From Candidatus Moraniibacteriota bacterium (GTDB lineage: Bacteria > Patescibacteriota > Minisyncoccia > Moranbacterales > GCA-2747515), in NCBI GenBank assembly GCA_018401135.1, contig JAGYLL010000001.1, forward strand, positions 1 to 59,181: a stretch of 59,181 nucleotides of DNA, read 5' to 3'. A model generated the notes under the pieces. That model made no database searches and was not told where the DNA came from. It worked only from the letters and a program-made list of their open reading frames with translations. Position numbers and translations under genes: made by a program. How positions within the stretch are numbered: position 1 is the first letter of the stretch; each line of letters opens with the position of its first letter. Below, piece by piece: positions 18,811 to 29,874 of the stretch.

Positions 18811-20265
18811 ATGTTAAAAATGATTATTACTCGATTTGCACCTTCTCCGACGGGGTATCTCCATATAGGAGGGCTTCGAACAGCTCTTTATTCCTATCTT
18901 TTTGCTAAGCGTTATGAGGGAAAATTTTTGCTTCGTATTGAGGATACGGATAGAAGTCGTTTTGTTGCAGGCGCGGAAGAAAAACTTCAGCAATCTCTTC
19001 GTTGGGCAGGAATAGAATGGGATAATAAAGAAATAGTTCGGCAATCAGATCGTTTGGATATATATAGAGAATATGTTGAAAAATTACTTCAAGAAAAAAA
19101 GGCATATCATTGTTTTTGTTCTTCTGATCGACTCTCGGAAATGAGAAAATATCAAGAAAAAAACAAACAACTCGTAAAGTATGATAGAACTTGCCTTTCT
19201 TTGAGTGCTGAAGAAATTACTGAACGTATCGAAAAAGGAGAGAAATCGGTTGTTCGCTTTCGCATACCAGATGATCAAGAAAATGTTACCTTTAGCGACC
19301 AGATTCGTGGAAAGGTTTCTATACACACTTATGCCGTAGATGATCAAATCATCCTTAAATCTGATGGTTTTCCTACCTACCATTTGGCAAATGTAGTAGA
19401 CGATCACATATCAGATGTTACACACGTTATTCGTGGAGAAGAGTGGCTTTCGAGTACCCCAAAACATATTCTTCTTTACAAAGCCTTTGGTTGGGAGGTT
19501 CCTCTTTTTGCTCATCTCCCTCTTCTTCTGAACGCTGATCGCTCTAAACTTTCTAAAAGACAAGGAGATGTGAGTGTGGAGGATTATAGAGAAAGAGGGT
19601 ATCTTCCTGAAGCTCTTATAAATTACGTTGCTCTTCTTGGTTGGAATATGGGAAAGGGGAATACACAAGAATTTTTTACCCTAAAAGAACTAGAAAAAAT
19701 ATTTGATATACAACACGTTCATAAGGCGGGGGCTGTTTTTGATATAAAGCGTTTACAATGGATGAATGCTCACTATATAAAAAATCTTGATATCGATATT
19801 CTTTTTGAGAAAACACAGGAATTCTGGAAGCAATTTTTCGAAAAAAATCATATTGATCAAGAAAAATTTGATGAAGATTTTTTGAAAAAAGTTTTGTCCG
19901 TTGAACAAGAGAGACTCTTGGAACTCTCGGAGGTTGGAGAAAAAAATATTTTTTTCTTTCAAGAAATAGCTGTCTCCAAAGAAATGCTTCGTTGGAAACA
20001 AATGGAAGACAGGGATGTTATGAGCTCTTTGGAAAAAGCAAAGTCTCTTTTTGAGAGCATAGAAGAAAAGGAGTGGAATCAAGAAATTCTCTCTACCGAA
20101 CTTCTCTCTGTTTGTGATACAGAGAAAAAAGGTGAGTTTTTTTGGCCAGTGCGAATCGCTCTTACGGGTGCGCAACAATCGCCACCTCCTCATCAAGTAG
20201 CATGGGTTATTGGAAAAGAGAAATCAATACAAAGAATTGCTAATGCAATAGATTGTTTTAAATAG
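18811..20265 (+). CDS. gltX: glutamyl-tRNA synthetase
   Basis: 484 aa; HIGH motif PSPTGYLHIGG, KMSKS-like KLSKR. Confidence 0.93.
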   Translation: MLKMIITRFAPSPTGYLHIGGLRTALYSYLFAKRYEGKFLLRIEDTDRSRFVAGAEEKLQQSLRWAGIEWDNKEIVRQSDRLDIYREYVEKLLQEKKAYHCFCSSDRLSEMRKYQEKNKQLVKYDRTCLSLSAEEITERIEKGEKSVVRFRIPDDQENVTFSDQIRGKVSIHTYAVDDQIILKSDGFPTYHLANVVDDHISDVTHVIRGEEWLSSTPKHILLYKAFGWEVPLFAHLPLLLNADRSKLSKRQGDVSVEDYRERGYLPEALINYVALLGWNMGKGNTQEFFTLKELEKIFDIQHVHKAGAVFDIKRLQWMNAHYIKNLDIDILFEKTQEFWKQFFEKNHIDQEKFDEDFLKKVLSVEQERLLELSEVGEKNIFFFQEIAVSKEMLRWKQMEDRDVMSSLEKAKSLFESIEEKEWNQEILSTELLSVCDTEKKGEFFWPVRIALTGAQQSPPPHQVAWVIGKEKSIQRIANAIDCFK

Positions 20266-20276
20266 AAAAAATACCT

Positions 20277-20777
20277 ATGAAAAAAGATATGCGACTATCG
20301 ATGATTGCTGCTGTAGGAAAAAATCGTGAATTGGGGAAAAATAATGCTCTTCTCTGGAATATACCTGAGGATATGCACTATTTTCATATGATGACACGGG
20401 GACACGTTGTTATTATGGGACAGAAAACGTTTGAAGCGATTGGAATGCCCTTAAAAAAGAGAATTAACATTGTTCTTTCTTATGATAAACTATTTTCTCC
20501 TCAAGGAGTTTTCGTGGTGAAAAATAAACAAGAAGCTCTGCAATTGGCTTATGAACAAGAAAAAGCCGGGGAAATATTTATTATTGGGGGTGCTATGATA
20601 TATACTCTTTTTTTCAAAGAAGCTGAGAGACTTTACTTGACGTGTATCGAAGCATCTTTTCCTGAGGCGGATGTTTTTTTCCCTCCATATGAAGATATTT
20701 TTACAAAAAAGGTGAGTGAAAAAAAGGGAAATGATACTATGTTTTCTTATACATTTTTTATTATGGAAAAACTATGA
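20277..20777 (+). CDS. folA: dihydrofolate reductase
   Basis: 166 aa; LSMIAAVGKNRELGKNNALLWNIPEDMHYF..IMGQKTFEAIG; TGA stop overlaps the next ATG (ATGA). Confidence 0.88.
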   Translation: MKKDMRLSMIAAVGKNRELGKNNALLWNIPEDMHYFHMMTRGHVVIMGQKTFEAIGMPLKKRINIVLSYDKLFSPQGVFVVKNKQEALQLAYEQEKAGEIFIIGGAMIYTLFFKEAERLYLTCIEASFPEADVFFPPYEDIFTKKVSEKKGNDTMFSYTFFIMEKL

Positions 20778-21331
20778 AACCTATTGTTTTGGGTCTTGCT
20801 GGTGCTATGGGTTCTGGAAAAGGAACCGTCGCTCATTATCTTGTAGATAAATACGGATTTTCAAAATTTCGTATGTCGGATGTTTTTCGTGACATAGTAA
20901 CGCGTCTTCATAGAGAGGAGAGTAGAGAAAATATATCTCTTGTTTCGCGCGTGGTGCGTGAAGCATTTGGTCAGGATGTGCTTTCGAAGGTTATTGCAGA
21001 AGATGTTGAAAAAGTCTCTGGAGATGCGGTTATTGATGGTATTCGAAGGATGACTGATATAGAGCATTTGAAGAAAAATCCTTGTTTTTTATTGATTTAT
21101 ATTGATGTGGATATTCAGTGTCGATATAATCGATTGGTTTCGAGAGCTGAAAATACCGGTGATGCCACTAAAACATTCGAAGATTTTTTAAAAGATCAAA
21201 AATTAGAAGCAGAAAATCAAGTTGAATGTTTACGAGATGTATCTCATTATACTTTGGAAAATAATGGAGATATGCAACATCTTTATTCTCAAGTAGACAC
21301 CATAGTTAAAGCTATAAAAAGTATTTCCTAA
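20774..21331 (+). CDS. P-loop nucleotide/nucleoside kinase-like protein
   Basis: 185 aa; Walker A GLAGAMGSGKGT at the N-terminus; small-kinase size; specificity not assignable. Confidence 0.5.
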   Translation: MKPIVLGLAGAMGSGKGTVAHYLVDKYGFSKFRMSDVFRDIVTRLHREESRENISLVSRVVREAFGQDVLSKVIAEDVEKVSGDAVIDGIRRMTDIEHLKKNPCFLLIYIDVDIQCRYNRLVSRAENTGDATKTFEDFLKDQKLEAENQVECLRDVSHYTLENNGDMQHLYSQVDTIVKAIKSIS

Positions 21332-21363
21332 ATAAGAAATTTTTTAAAATAAAGCATACCTCA

Positions 21364-21702
21364 ATGAAATTTTTTCTTTATCTCGTGATAAAAATTATAG
21401 GAATAACACTTTTTGTTCTCGTTTGTCTTTTTGGTGGTTTTTTTCTTTTTTTTGTGGATGTTGTAGAAAAAGACGGAGTAAAAATATGTTCATCAGAGAA
21501 ATGGATATGCCTTGTCCGTGAAAAAAATGAGATACATGGCATTATTATTCGAGAAGATGTGAAGCCTTGGATAATGGAGATAAGCAAAAAAATAGTTGGA
21601 AAAATATATGAGGGTGCAAGTGTATATAATCCACAAGGAGATGTAGTTCCTGATAGTATTGATGATACCTTAAAGATCTATATAAAAGATAAGGTACAAT
21701 AA
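21364..21702 (+). CDS. hypothetical membrane-anchored protein
   Basis: 112-aa ORF with N-terminal TM LVIKIIGITLFVLVCLFGGFFLFFV. Confidence 0.4.
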   Translation: MKFFLYLVIKIIGITLFVLVCLFGGFFLFFVDVVEKDGVKICSSEKWICLVREKNEIHGIIIREDVKPWIMEISKKIVGKIYEGASVYNPQGDVVPDSIDDTLKIYIKDKVQ

Positions 21703-21797
21703 TGTTTTGATTGTGAAACTATGGTACACTAGAAAAGTAATTTTTGTAAGATAGAGAGAATGTTTTTGAAAAGAAAAGAATAATAAATATACGTTGT

Positions 21798-23278
21798 ATG
21801 GCAAAATATATTCCCGTTATTGGTATGGAAATTCATGCAGAACTTAAAACACAGTCGAAAATGTTTTGTTCTTGTTTGAATGAATCAGAATTTCAGAAAG
21901 AGCCAAATATACATATTTGTCCGGTGTGTACTGGTCAACCAGGTGCTTTACCTACGACGAATAAGCAAGCTATTTTGTTTGTTCAAAAAGTCGGAGTCGC
22001 TCTTCATTGTAGAATAAATGATTGGTCAAAATTTGATAGAAAAAATTATTTTTATCCTGATCTTCCCAAAGGGTATCAAATATCTCAGTATGATAAACCT
22101 CTTGTTGAAATGGGCTATTTGGATATAGATGATGCTCGGATAGGAATCACTCGTATTCATATGGAAGAAGACACAGCAAAATCACAACATATACAGGAAA
22201 CAGGGGAAACGCTTATAGATTTCAATCGCAGTGGACTTCCTTTGATGGAACTTGTCACAGAACCAGATATAACAAGTGGAGAACAGGCAAAGAAATTTTG
22301 TCAGAAACTTCAACGTATACTTCGATATTTGAATGTGAGTTATGCTGATATGGAAAAGGGTCAAATGCGATGTGAGGCAAATATTTCTCTCTATCAAGAA
22401 GGAGAGGCTCGTTTGAGCGGAACAAAAGTTGAAGTAAAAAACCTTAACTCTTTTCGGTCTGTAGAACGTGCAATTGTTTATGAAATAGAGCGTCAAACAC
22501 AAGCTCTTGAACATGGTGAAAAGATAGCACAAGAAACTCGAGGATGGAACGATGTTCAGCAAAAAACTATTTCTCAGAGAATAAAAGAATCAGCACACGA
22601 TTACCGTTATTTTCCTGAACCAGATATTCCTCCTATGGAATTTTCTCTCGAATACAAAGAGATACTTCAGAAATCTCTTCCCGAGCTTCCTGAAGAGAAG
22701 AAGCGTCGTTTTATAGAGCAGATGTCATTAACAGATGAACAAGCAGAGATACTTACGAATGACAAAGATCTCGCTTCCTACTTTGAAAATAGTATGAGTG
22801 AGCTTGATGAGAAAATACTTTCAAAAGAATTTTTGGGGGATTATCAGAAAGCAAAGAAGCGGTTGTAAATTATCTTATTGTAGAGATTCGTAAATTCATT
22901 GTAGAAGAAGAAATTTCTTTCTCTGATATAAAAATTACGCCTGAAAATTTTGCAGAATTTGCTGTCATTCTTTCTGAAGGAAAGATAAATTCAAGTGCGG
23001 CTCAAGTAGTTTTGCGTGAAATGTATGAAACAGGAGGTGATCCTTCTGCTATTATTAATGAAAAAAATCTTTCTCAAATAGATAATGAGGGAGAGCTTAT
23101 GAAAATTGTAGAAAAGGTTATAGAGAAAAATAATCAATCAGTACAGGATTATCAAGCAGGAAAAGAAAAAGCTATGGGTTTTCTCGTGGGTTGTGTTATG
23201 AAAGAAACAAAAGGAAAGGCGCATCCACAAAAAGCACAAGAATTATTAAGGAAAAAAATAGCCATAGAGAATATATAA
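21798..23278 (+). pseudogene. gatB: Asp/Glu-tRNA amidotransferase subunit B, interrupted by one frameshift near 22845-22868
   Basis: the N-terminal 356 aa (21798-22868) are typical GatB. The helical and YqeY-like tail (AVVNYLIVEIRKF...GFLVGCVMKETKGKAHPQK) continues in the -1 frame to 23278. Confidence 0.85.
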
Positions 23279-23338
23279 ATACATTACTTCTGAAAGTTTT
23301 TATGTACTATGGTATAATAAATTACAATAAAAATTCTT

Positions 23339-24658
23339 ATGCAAACACAAACAAAACAACATCTTGTAGAGGTAAAAGATCTCTCCGTTACTTATAATCA
23401 AGGAAAGCCAAATGAATTTCAATCACTTAAAAATATAAATGTTCGTATTTACCCTGAAGAATTCACTATTATTTTTGGTCCTTCGGGATGTGGAAAATCC
23501 ACATTACTTTATTCTATATCAGCTTTACAGAGACCTACAGAAGGAGAAGTTTTTTTAGAAGGAAGTTCTTTAACAGGAATGACAAAAAGAGAGCAATCAA
23601 TTGTTCGACAATTCGAAGTCGGTATGGTTTTCCAATCATTTTATCTTATCCCTTCTCTTAATGTTTTGGATAATGTCTGTCTTCCAAAAGTTTTTTGTGG
23701 AGAAAGTAAAAAGGAGAGAATGAAAGAAGGAATGAAACTTCTTGAGAGGTTTGGTATTGTAGAACAAGCAGATAAATACCCGAGTCAGCTTTCTGGTGGA
23801 CAAAAACAACGAGTTGCCATAGCACGATGTCTTATCAATGACCCAAAGATTATTCTTGCTGATGAACCTGTGGGAAATCTTGATAGTCAATCTGCTGAAA
23901 ATGTATTGGGTATACTACGAGATCTTAAAGATGTTGATAAAAAAGCAGTTGTACTTGTTACTCACGATCCTTCTCATCTCGAAAGAGCTGATAGAATTTT
24001 TTATATGAAAGACGGGTTTTTGGTAAAAGAAGAAGTAAAAGAGGGAAATACATTTACGCCAGTTATTAAGAAAGGAGCTGAAGCGGAAGAAAAAGCTATC
24101 CCTCGAGAGTTAGAGTTGTTGGTGAGATCTTTTCAGGGGATGCCGAGAGAGTATATATCTTCTTTACTCGTACCTTTCAAAGCACAAAAAGTACTTTTTC
24201 ATCTTTTGATGGATATGCCTGAAGAGCAAGTTACTTTAGCACAGGGTTTTGTCAAAGAGTATCTTTTTGATAAAGACGCGAAAGATGACCTTTTTTCTGC
24301 ATTGGATAGAGATATAGAAAGTGGTGGAGCAGGACTGGATAAAAGACGTGCACAGAATATTTCTTCTCGTTTATATGAAATGATGCATCTTGCAAAAGAT
24401 ATAGAAATAAAAAGCCCAGAAGAAGGAGCCTCTTTAATGAAAGAATATATAGAAAAAACATTTTCTTTCCAGTTAGAAGTTGATCAAAAGAGTGCAATGG
24501 AATCTTTTCTTCAAAAACGAATTGCTAATGAGGTAAGTCATGAAGAAGTAATTACTTTTCTCGACAACCCCGTGTCTTCTGGTGGTATGGGCTTCCATAA
24601 GTTTTTTGCAAGAAAAATGGCAAGAGAAATAGAAATGATTATGCTTTTACGATATTAA
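23339..24658 (+). CDS. ABC transporter ATP-binding protein (MacB/LolD-like) with ~200-aa C-terminal extension
   Basis: Walker [10 protein letters not shown], signature [13 protein letters not shown], Walker B ILADEP; residues ~235-439 match no domain I recognise. Confidence 0.85.
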   Translation: MQTQTKQHLVEVKDLSVTYNQGKPNEFQSLKNINVRIYPEEFTIIFGPSGCGKSTLLYSISALQRPTEGEVFLEGSSLTGMTKREQSIVRQFEVGMVFQSFYLIPSLNVLDNVCLPKVFCGESKKERMKEGMKLLERFGIVEQADKYPSQLSGGQKQRVAIARCLINDPKIILADEPVGNLDSQSAENVLGILRDLKDVDKKAVVLVTHDPSHLERADRIFYMKDGFLVKEEVKEGNTFTPVIKKGAEAEEKAIPRELELLVRSFQGMPREYISSLLVPFKAQKVLFHLLMDMPEEQVTLAQGFVKEYLFDKDAKDDLFSALDRDIESGGAGLDKRRAQNISSRLYEMMHLAKDIEIKSPEEGASLMKEYIEKTFSFQLEVDQKSAMESFLQKRIANEVSHEEVITFLDNPVSSGGMGFHKFFARKMAREIEMIMLLRY

Positions 24659-24794
24659 TGGCATTTTCTAGGAGTTTTTATGATACGGAGTAATTTTTTC
24701 TAGTAATTTTTAGTCGAAATGTTTATATTCTACTCTAGACAAAATGTTAAAATATGTTTTATTCTAATAAGATTTTAAAAATGGTATATATTCT

Positions 24795-25839
24795 ATGAAA
24801 CTCTCTAATTTCAACACAACATATTTTCTTTCACTTCTTCTTATCGCCATTGTTTCAGTAATTGTACTTTTTATTCCTTTCCTCATACTATTGTAATTGC
24901 AGGAGTTTTTGCAACCCTTTATACTCTGGTATGGAATTTTGCCAAAAAGATAAGAAATGGGGGAAATAGGGGTTCTCTTTTACATGTCTTATAATAGTTT
25001 TTCTTGTTATTGTTCCTTGCGTAGCAACTATTGGTCTTGTTACCAAAGAGGTTCGGTCAACACTCACTTTTGTTTCAGATCACCCAGAATTTTTAGAGGA
25101 AAGCGTGCAATCTCTACGCGCTTTTATTTCACAAATACCTTTTGTTGACGAAAGTAGTATAAATTCTTTATTTCAAAAAAGTGGAGAGCTTTTTGTAAAC
25201 ATTGTACAAAAAACGTATTCAGGTATATCACAGTTCTTCTTTGCTCTTTTTATTATGTTCTTCTCTCTCTTTTATTTTTTTATAGATGGAAAGAAAATAG
25301 TAAAGGTCATTATGGACATCAGTCCCCTTCGGACACAGCAAGAAAAAATTCTTATAAAAGAATTTATTTCTATTAGTAAAGCAACACTTAAAGGAACAGT
25401 AGTTATTGGTGCTATACAAGGAGTTCTTGGAGGCTTACTCTTTGTATTTACGGGAGTCCCTTCTCCTATAACATGGGGAGTGGTTATGGTTGTACTTTCT
25501 ATTATTCCTGTTGTAGGAAGTTGGTTAGTTTGGATCCCTGTTGGTGTAGGTATGATTCTTTCAGGATCTTTTGTTCAAGGGGTTGTTATATTACTTTTTG
25601 GAGCTTTGATTATATCTTCTATTGATAATATTCTTCGTCCAAAACTTGTAGGAAGAGATAGTCAAATGCATCCTCTTTTTGTTCTCTTTGCAACTCTCGG
25701 GGGCATTATATCTTTTGGAGTTATTGGTTTTATTATAGGTCCTATTATAGTCGCTTTATTTTTGGCACTTCTTCGTATGTATGAGCAAGAATTTGCACAG
25801 CAATTGAAATCGTATAATAAAGATCAAGAGATGATCTAA
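24795..25839 (+). pseudogene. AI-2E family (PerM/UPF0118) transporter with N-terminal frameshifts
   Basis: the intact frame 25105-25839 is typical. The N-terminal TM helices are read in two other frames (MKLSNFNTTYFLSLLLIAIV...*, IAGVFATLYTLVWNFAKK...*). Confidence 0.7.
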
Positions 25840-25844
25840 TAGGT

Positions 25845-26717
25845 ATGGATTTTGGAATGGAAGAGATCCCTTTATTGATAAATCCCATTTTTTTTTCTTT
25901 AGGTTTTTTAGAGATACGATGGTATTCTTTGATGTACTTTGTGGGATTTGGACTTGTTTTATTTTTTGTTTTACGAGGATATAAAAAGCAAAGAGAGGAT
26001 AAAGTATTTCTCAAGGATAGAGAAAATATTTTGTTTTGGATGTTTTTGTTTGGTTTGGTGGGTGGGAGATTGGGATATGTATTTTTTTATGATCTTTCCT
26101 TTTTCACTCTCCATCCCCAGAGAATTTTTTCTCCTTTCGATTCTGAGGGTGCGTATGTGGGAATTTCAGGGATGAGTTTTTACGGAGGTGTGACTGGAGC
26201 ATCATTAGCGCTTCTTTTTCTTTGTTGGAAGAAAAATATTTCTGTATGGAAGATTTCTGATAGGATCGTTTTATATCTTCCTATTGCTCTATTTTTTGGG
26301 AGAATAGGAAATTTTCTCAATGGAGAATTATATGGAAGAAAAACAGATATTTTTTGGGGTATGGATTTTGGAGATGGAATACTAAGACACCCTTCTCAGC
26401 TTTACGAGGCATTCTTTGAAGGAATCCTTTTGTACTTCGTGTTATTTTTTGCAAAAAAGAGAATAGAAAGCAAAGGCGTGCTTACAGCAATATTTTTTAT
26501 TGGTTACGGAACTCTTCGTTTTTTTGTAGAGTTTTTTCGTCAACCTGATGTGCAAATAGGATATGTTTTTTATGGGTTGAGTCTTGGACAAATTTTGAGT
26601 ATTATTATGGGAGTGATTGGTTTTTTGTTTTTATTTTTTTTGAAGAAAAAAGAAAGAAATTTTTCTTTGAAAACGTTGATAAAAAAAGCTCTTGACAGGG
26701 TGCGTAAGAGTTGTTAG
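25845..26717 (+). CDS. lgt: prolipoprotein diacylglyceryl transferase
   Basis: 290 aa polytopic; GRIGNFLNGELYGR and HPSQLYEAFFEG motifs. Confidence 0.88.
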   Translation: MDFGMEEIPLLINPIFFSLGFLEIRWYSLMYFVGFGLVLFFVLRGYKKQREDKVFLKDRENILFWMFLFGLVGGRLGYVFFYDLSFFTLHPQRIFSPFDSEGAYVGISGMSFYGGVTGASLALLFLCWKKNISVWKISDRIVLYLPIALFFGRIGNFLNGELYGRKTDIFWGMDFGDGILRHPSQLYEAFFEGILLYFVLFFAKKRIESKGVLTAIFFIGYGTLRFFVEFFRQPDVQIGYVFYGLSLGQILSIIMGVIGFLFLFFLKKKERNFSLKTLIKKALDRVRKSC

Positions 26718-26720
26718 TAT
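26692..26720 (+). promoter_or_regulatory. sigma70-like promoter upstream of tuf
   Basis: TTGACA (26692-26697), 17 nt, TAGTAT (26715-26720). Confidence 0.45.
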
Positions 26721-26863
26721 TGATTTTGTTCGACCGACGTATTTTTGAGTATCTTAATCGTTGGTTTATTTTTTTAAAAAAAGATATAATTTATATAATG
26801 TTCGCATAAAATATATTCGACTATTGATGAAAACTTTTTGTCAATAGACTCGAAAAAAAATAT

Positions 26864-28054
26864 ATGGCAGAAAAATTTGATCGAACCAAACCCCATGTAA
26901 ACGTAGGAACTATAGGACACGTAGATCATGGAAAGACTACTCTTACAGCAGCTATTCTTCATGTATTGAGTCTTAAAGGACAAGCCAAAGCTCGAAAGGT
27001 AGAAGATATCGATAATGCTCCTGAAGAAAGAGAGCGCGGAATTACTATTGCAACAGCTCACTGCGAGTATGAATCTGAAAAGCGTCATTACGCTCATGTT
27101 GATTGCCCAGGACATGCTGACTATATCAAGAATATGATAACAGGTGCAGCTCAAATGGATGGAGCTATTTTAGTGGTGAGTGCTACTGATGGACCTATGC
27201 CTCAAACAAGAGAGCATATTCTCTTAGCTCGTCAAGTAGGTGTTCCTGAAATGGTTGTTTTTCTCAATAAAGTTGATATGGTTGATGATGCTGAATTGGT
27301 GGATCTTGTTGAAGCAGAGGTTCGTGAGCTTTTGAGTAAATATGAATTTGATGGTGACAATGCTATTATAGTGAGAGGAAGTGCTTTGAAGGCTTTAGGA
27401 TCAACAAAGGCTGAAGATGAAACAGCTAAGCCTATTTGGGATCTTATGAATGCACTCGATGCTAAAATTCCAGATCCTGTTCGTGATATGGAAAAACCAT
27501 TCCTTTTGCCTATTGAAGATATTTTTTCTATCGAAGGTCGTGGTACTGTTGTAACAGGAAGAATAGAACGAGGAGTTATTAATCTCAATGATGAAGTAGA
27601 AATTGTAGGTCTTCGTGATACACAAAAAACAGTAGTAACAGGAATTGAAATGTTTAATAAATCTCTTGATAGGGGAGAATGTGGAGATAACGCTGGTATT
27701 CTTATTCGAGGAATTAAAAAGGAAGATGTGGAGCGAGGACAGGTTCTTGCTAAGCCGAAGTCTATAACTCCTCATACAGAGTTTTCTACAGAAGTGTATA
27801 TTCTTAGCAAAGAAGAAGGTGGGCGACACACTCCTTTTTTCAAGGGATATAAGCCTCAATTTTATATTCGAACGACTGATGTAACAGGGGAAGTTATTTT
27901 ACCTGAAGGAACAGAAATGGTTATGCCTGGAGATACGGTTACCCTAGACGTTGCTCTTGGTGCTCCTGTTGCTATGGAAGAGGGTATGCGATTTGCTATT
28001 CGTGAAGGAGGAAGAACGGTTGGCGCTGGAGTGGTAACAAAAATTAAGAAATAA
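26864..28054 (+). CDS. tuf: elongation factor Tu
   Basis: 396 aa; [18 protein letters not shown] motifs. Confidence 0.98.
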   Translation: MAEKFDRTKPHVNVGTIGHVDHGKTTLTAAILHVLSLKGQAKARKVEDIDNAPEERERGITIATAHCEYESEKRHYAHVDCPGHADYIKNMITGAAQMDGAILVVSATDGPMPQTREHILLARQVGVPEMVVFLNKVDMVDDAELVDLVEAEVRELLSKYEFDGDNAIIVRGSALKALGSTKAEDETAKPIWDLMNALDAKIPDPVRDMEKPFLLPIEDIFSIEGRGTVVTGRIERGVINLNDEVEIVGLRDTQKTVVTGIEMFNKSLDRGECGDNAGILIRGIKKEDVERGQVLAKPKSITPHTEFSTEVYILSKEEGGRHTPFFKGYKPQFYIRTTDVTGEVILPEGTEMVMPGDTVTLDVALGAPVAMEEGMRFAIREGGRTVGAGVVTKIKK

Positions 28055-28070
28055 GATTTGAGAGAAAAGA

Positions 28071-28105
28071 GTCAATACCATTTCTAAATATCAAATGGTA
28101 TTGAC
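28071..28105 (+). terminator. 13-bp hairpin after tuf, overlapping a TTGACA box
   Basis: gtcaataccattt / aaatggtattgac; no clear T-tract; TTGACA at 28101-28106 with TAGAGT about 18 nt downstream. Confidence 0.35.
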
Positions 28106-28136
28106 AACCTTCCTCTTAATAGAGTAGAGTATTCAA

Positions 28137-28469
28137 ATGACTAGCAAGAAGAAAGAAATTATGGAAGATCCAAAAATTCGCATCCGAATCAAAGCATATG
28201 ACAATAAAATCATAGATCAATCTACGAAAAAAATTGTTGAAACTGTGCAAAGAGCTGGATCTGTGGTTGTAGGACCTGTTCCTTTACCAACAGAGATTCA
28301 TAAAGTTACGGTGAATAGATCGACATTTGTGCATAAAAGTGCTCGAGATCAATACGAGATGCGTGTTCATAAGCGTCTTATTGATATTCTTTCTCCTAAC
28401 CCAAAAACAGTAGATGCTTTGACGAATATTAATTTACCTGCGGGTGTTGATATAGAGATAAAGATGTAA
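28137..28469 (+). CDS. rpsJ: 30S ribosomal protein S10
   Basis: [16 protein letters not shown]...; first gene of the conserved S10 cluster. Confidence 0.95.
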   Translation: MTSKKKEIMEDPKIRIRIKAYDNKIIDQSTKKIVETVQRAGSVVVGPVPLPTEIHKVTVNRSTFVHKSARDQYEMRVHKRLIDILSPNPKTVDALTNINLPAGVDIEIKM

Positions 28470-28648
28470 GTAAGGATGAAGAGAAGTTTTTTTGGATAAG
28501 GACGGTTTGAAATTATTATAAGAAGAGAACTAGTTTAAGTCTTTTTACATAAAAGATACTAAACTAGCCAGCGTTTCGTCACAAATGAGGTGGTGAGAGA
28601 CTGGTATGTGCCAGTTTTTTGTTTGTAAGTTTTATACTACAGGAGCAT

Positions 28649-29224
28649 ATGAAATTTTTATTAGGGAAAAAATTAGGAATGACGACTCTTTACGATAAAG
28701 AAAAAGGAGCTCTTAATGTAACGCTTATTTTTTGTCAGCCAAATACTATCTCTTTACTAAGAAATAAACAAAGAGATGGATATACTTCTATTCAAGTAGA
28801 ATGCAAAAAAACGAAAAAAGCTTCTCTGAGGAAAGAATTTCGTTTGCAAGAAGATGATGTACAAAAAGAAATGTACAAAGAAGGAGCTCTTTTTGATATA
28901 AATATATTTGAAGTTGGAGATGAAGTTTCTATTTCTGGTATTTCGAAAGCAAAGGGTTTTCAGGGAGTTGTTAAGAGACATGGTTTTTCTGGAGCACCTA
29001 AAACGCATGGACATAAACATGACCTTCGTGCACCAGGATCTATAGGTTCAGCTTTTCCACAACACGTTTTCAAAGGAGTTCGTATGGCTGGAAGAATGGG
29101 TGGCGTGAGGAGTACTGTTCAGGGTCTTTCTATTGTTCTGATTGATAAAGAAAGATCTCTTTTGGCGGTAAAAGGGGCTGTTCCAGGAAAGACTGGAGAT
29201 ATTGTTGAAATTGTTTCTCGTTAG
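28649..29224 (+). CDS. rplC: 50S ribosomal protein L3
   Basis: aggag SD + MKFLLGKKLGMTTLYD; ORF-track start 28619 is upstream of the conserved start. Confidence 0.95.
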   Translation: MKFLLGKKLGMTTLYDKEKGALNVTLIFCQPNTISLLRNKQRDGYTSIQVECKKTKKASLRKEFRLQEDDVQKEMYKEGALFDINIFEVGDEVSISGISKAKGFQGVVKRHGFSGAPKTHGHKHDLRAPGSIGSAFPQHVFKGVRMAGRMGGVRSTVQGLSIVLIDKERSLLAVKGAVPGKTGDIVEIVSR

Positions 29225-29238
29225 GAAAAAAAAGTATT

Positions 29239-29868
29239 ATGGCAACTATTAATGTTTACGATCAAAAAGGAAATAAGAAAGAGACTCTAGAAGTTTCCGA
29301 TTCTATTTTTGATGTTCCAATGAATGCATCTTTGGTAAAACAAGTCTATGAGACTATGGAGGCAAACTCTCGAAGTGGACTTGCTCATACAAAAGATAGA
29401 AGTGAACGTTCTGGATCAGGAAGGAAGCCTTGGAAACAAAAAGGTACTGGTCGTGCAAGAGCAGGATCTCTCCGTAGCCCTCTTTGGAGAAAGGGAGGTA
29501 TTGTTTTTGGTCCAACAAAAGATAGAAATTTTTCTGGACGAATTAATGTCTCTATGAAAAGAAAAGCTCTCTGTATAGCTTTGAGTGAGAAACTACGAGA
29601 TGAAAAATTGATTGTTGTAGATACTTTGGAATTAGAAGAAAAGAAAACTCGAAATGCAGATGCTCTTTTAAAGGCATTAAAGGTCTCAGGTAATATTTTA
29701 GTGGGATTATCTTTTGAAGAAATGGAAACTATCCGAGCTATTATAAATCTTCCTCAAGTAAGAGTAAAAAATAGTATCGACGTGAATGTTTTGGATGTTT
29801 TTCGATCAGCAACTTTGGTTATAAGTCAACAGTCTGTGAAAGAATTTGAAAAACGATTGGTAAAGTAA
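29239..29868 (+). CDS. rplD: 50S ribosomal protein L4
   Basis: GSGRKPWKQKGTGRARAGSLRSPLWRKGG. Confidence 0.95.
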   Translation: MATINVYDQKGNKKETLEVSDSIFDVPMNASLVKQVYETMEANSRSGLAHTKDRSERSGSGRKPWKQKGTGRARAGSLRSPLWRKGGIVFGPTKDRNFSGRINVSMKRKALCIALSEKLRDEKLIVVDTLELEEKKTRNADALLKALKVSGNILVGLSFEEMETIRAIINLPQVRVKNSIDVNVLDVFRSATLVISQQSVKEFEKRLVK

Positions 29869-29874
29869 AAATAT

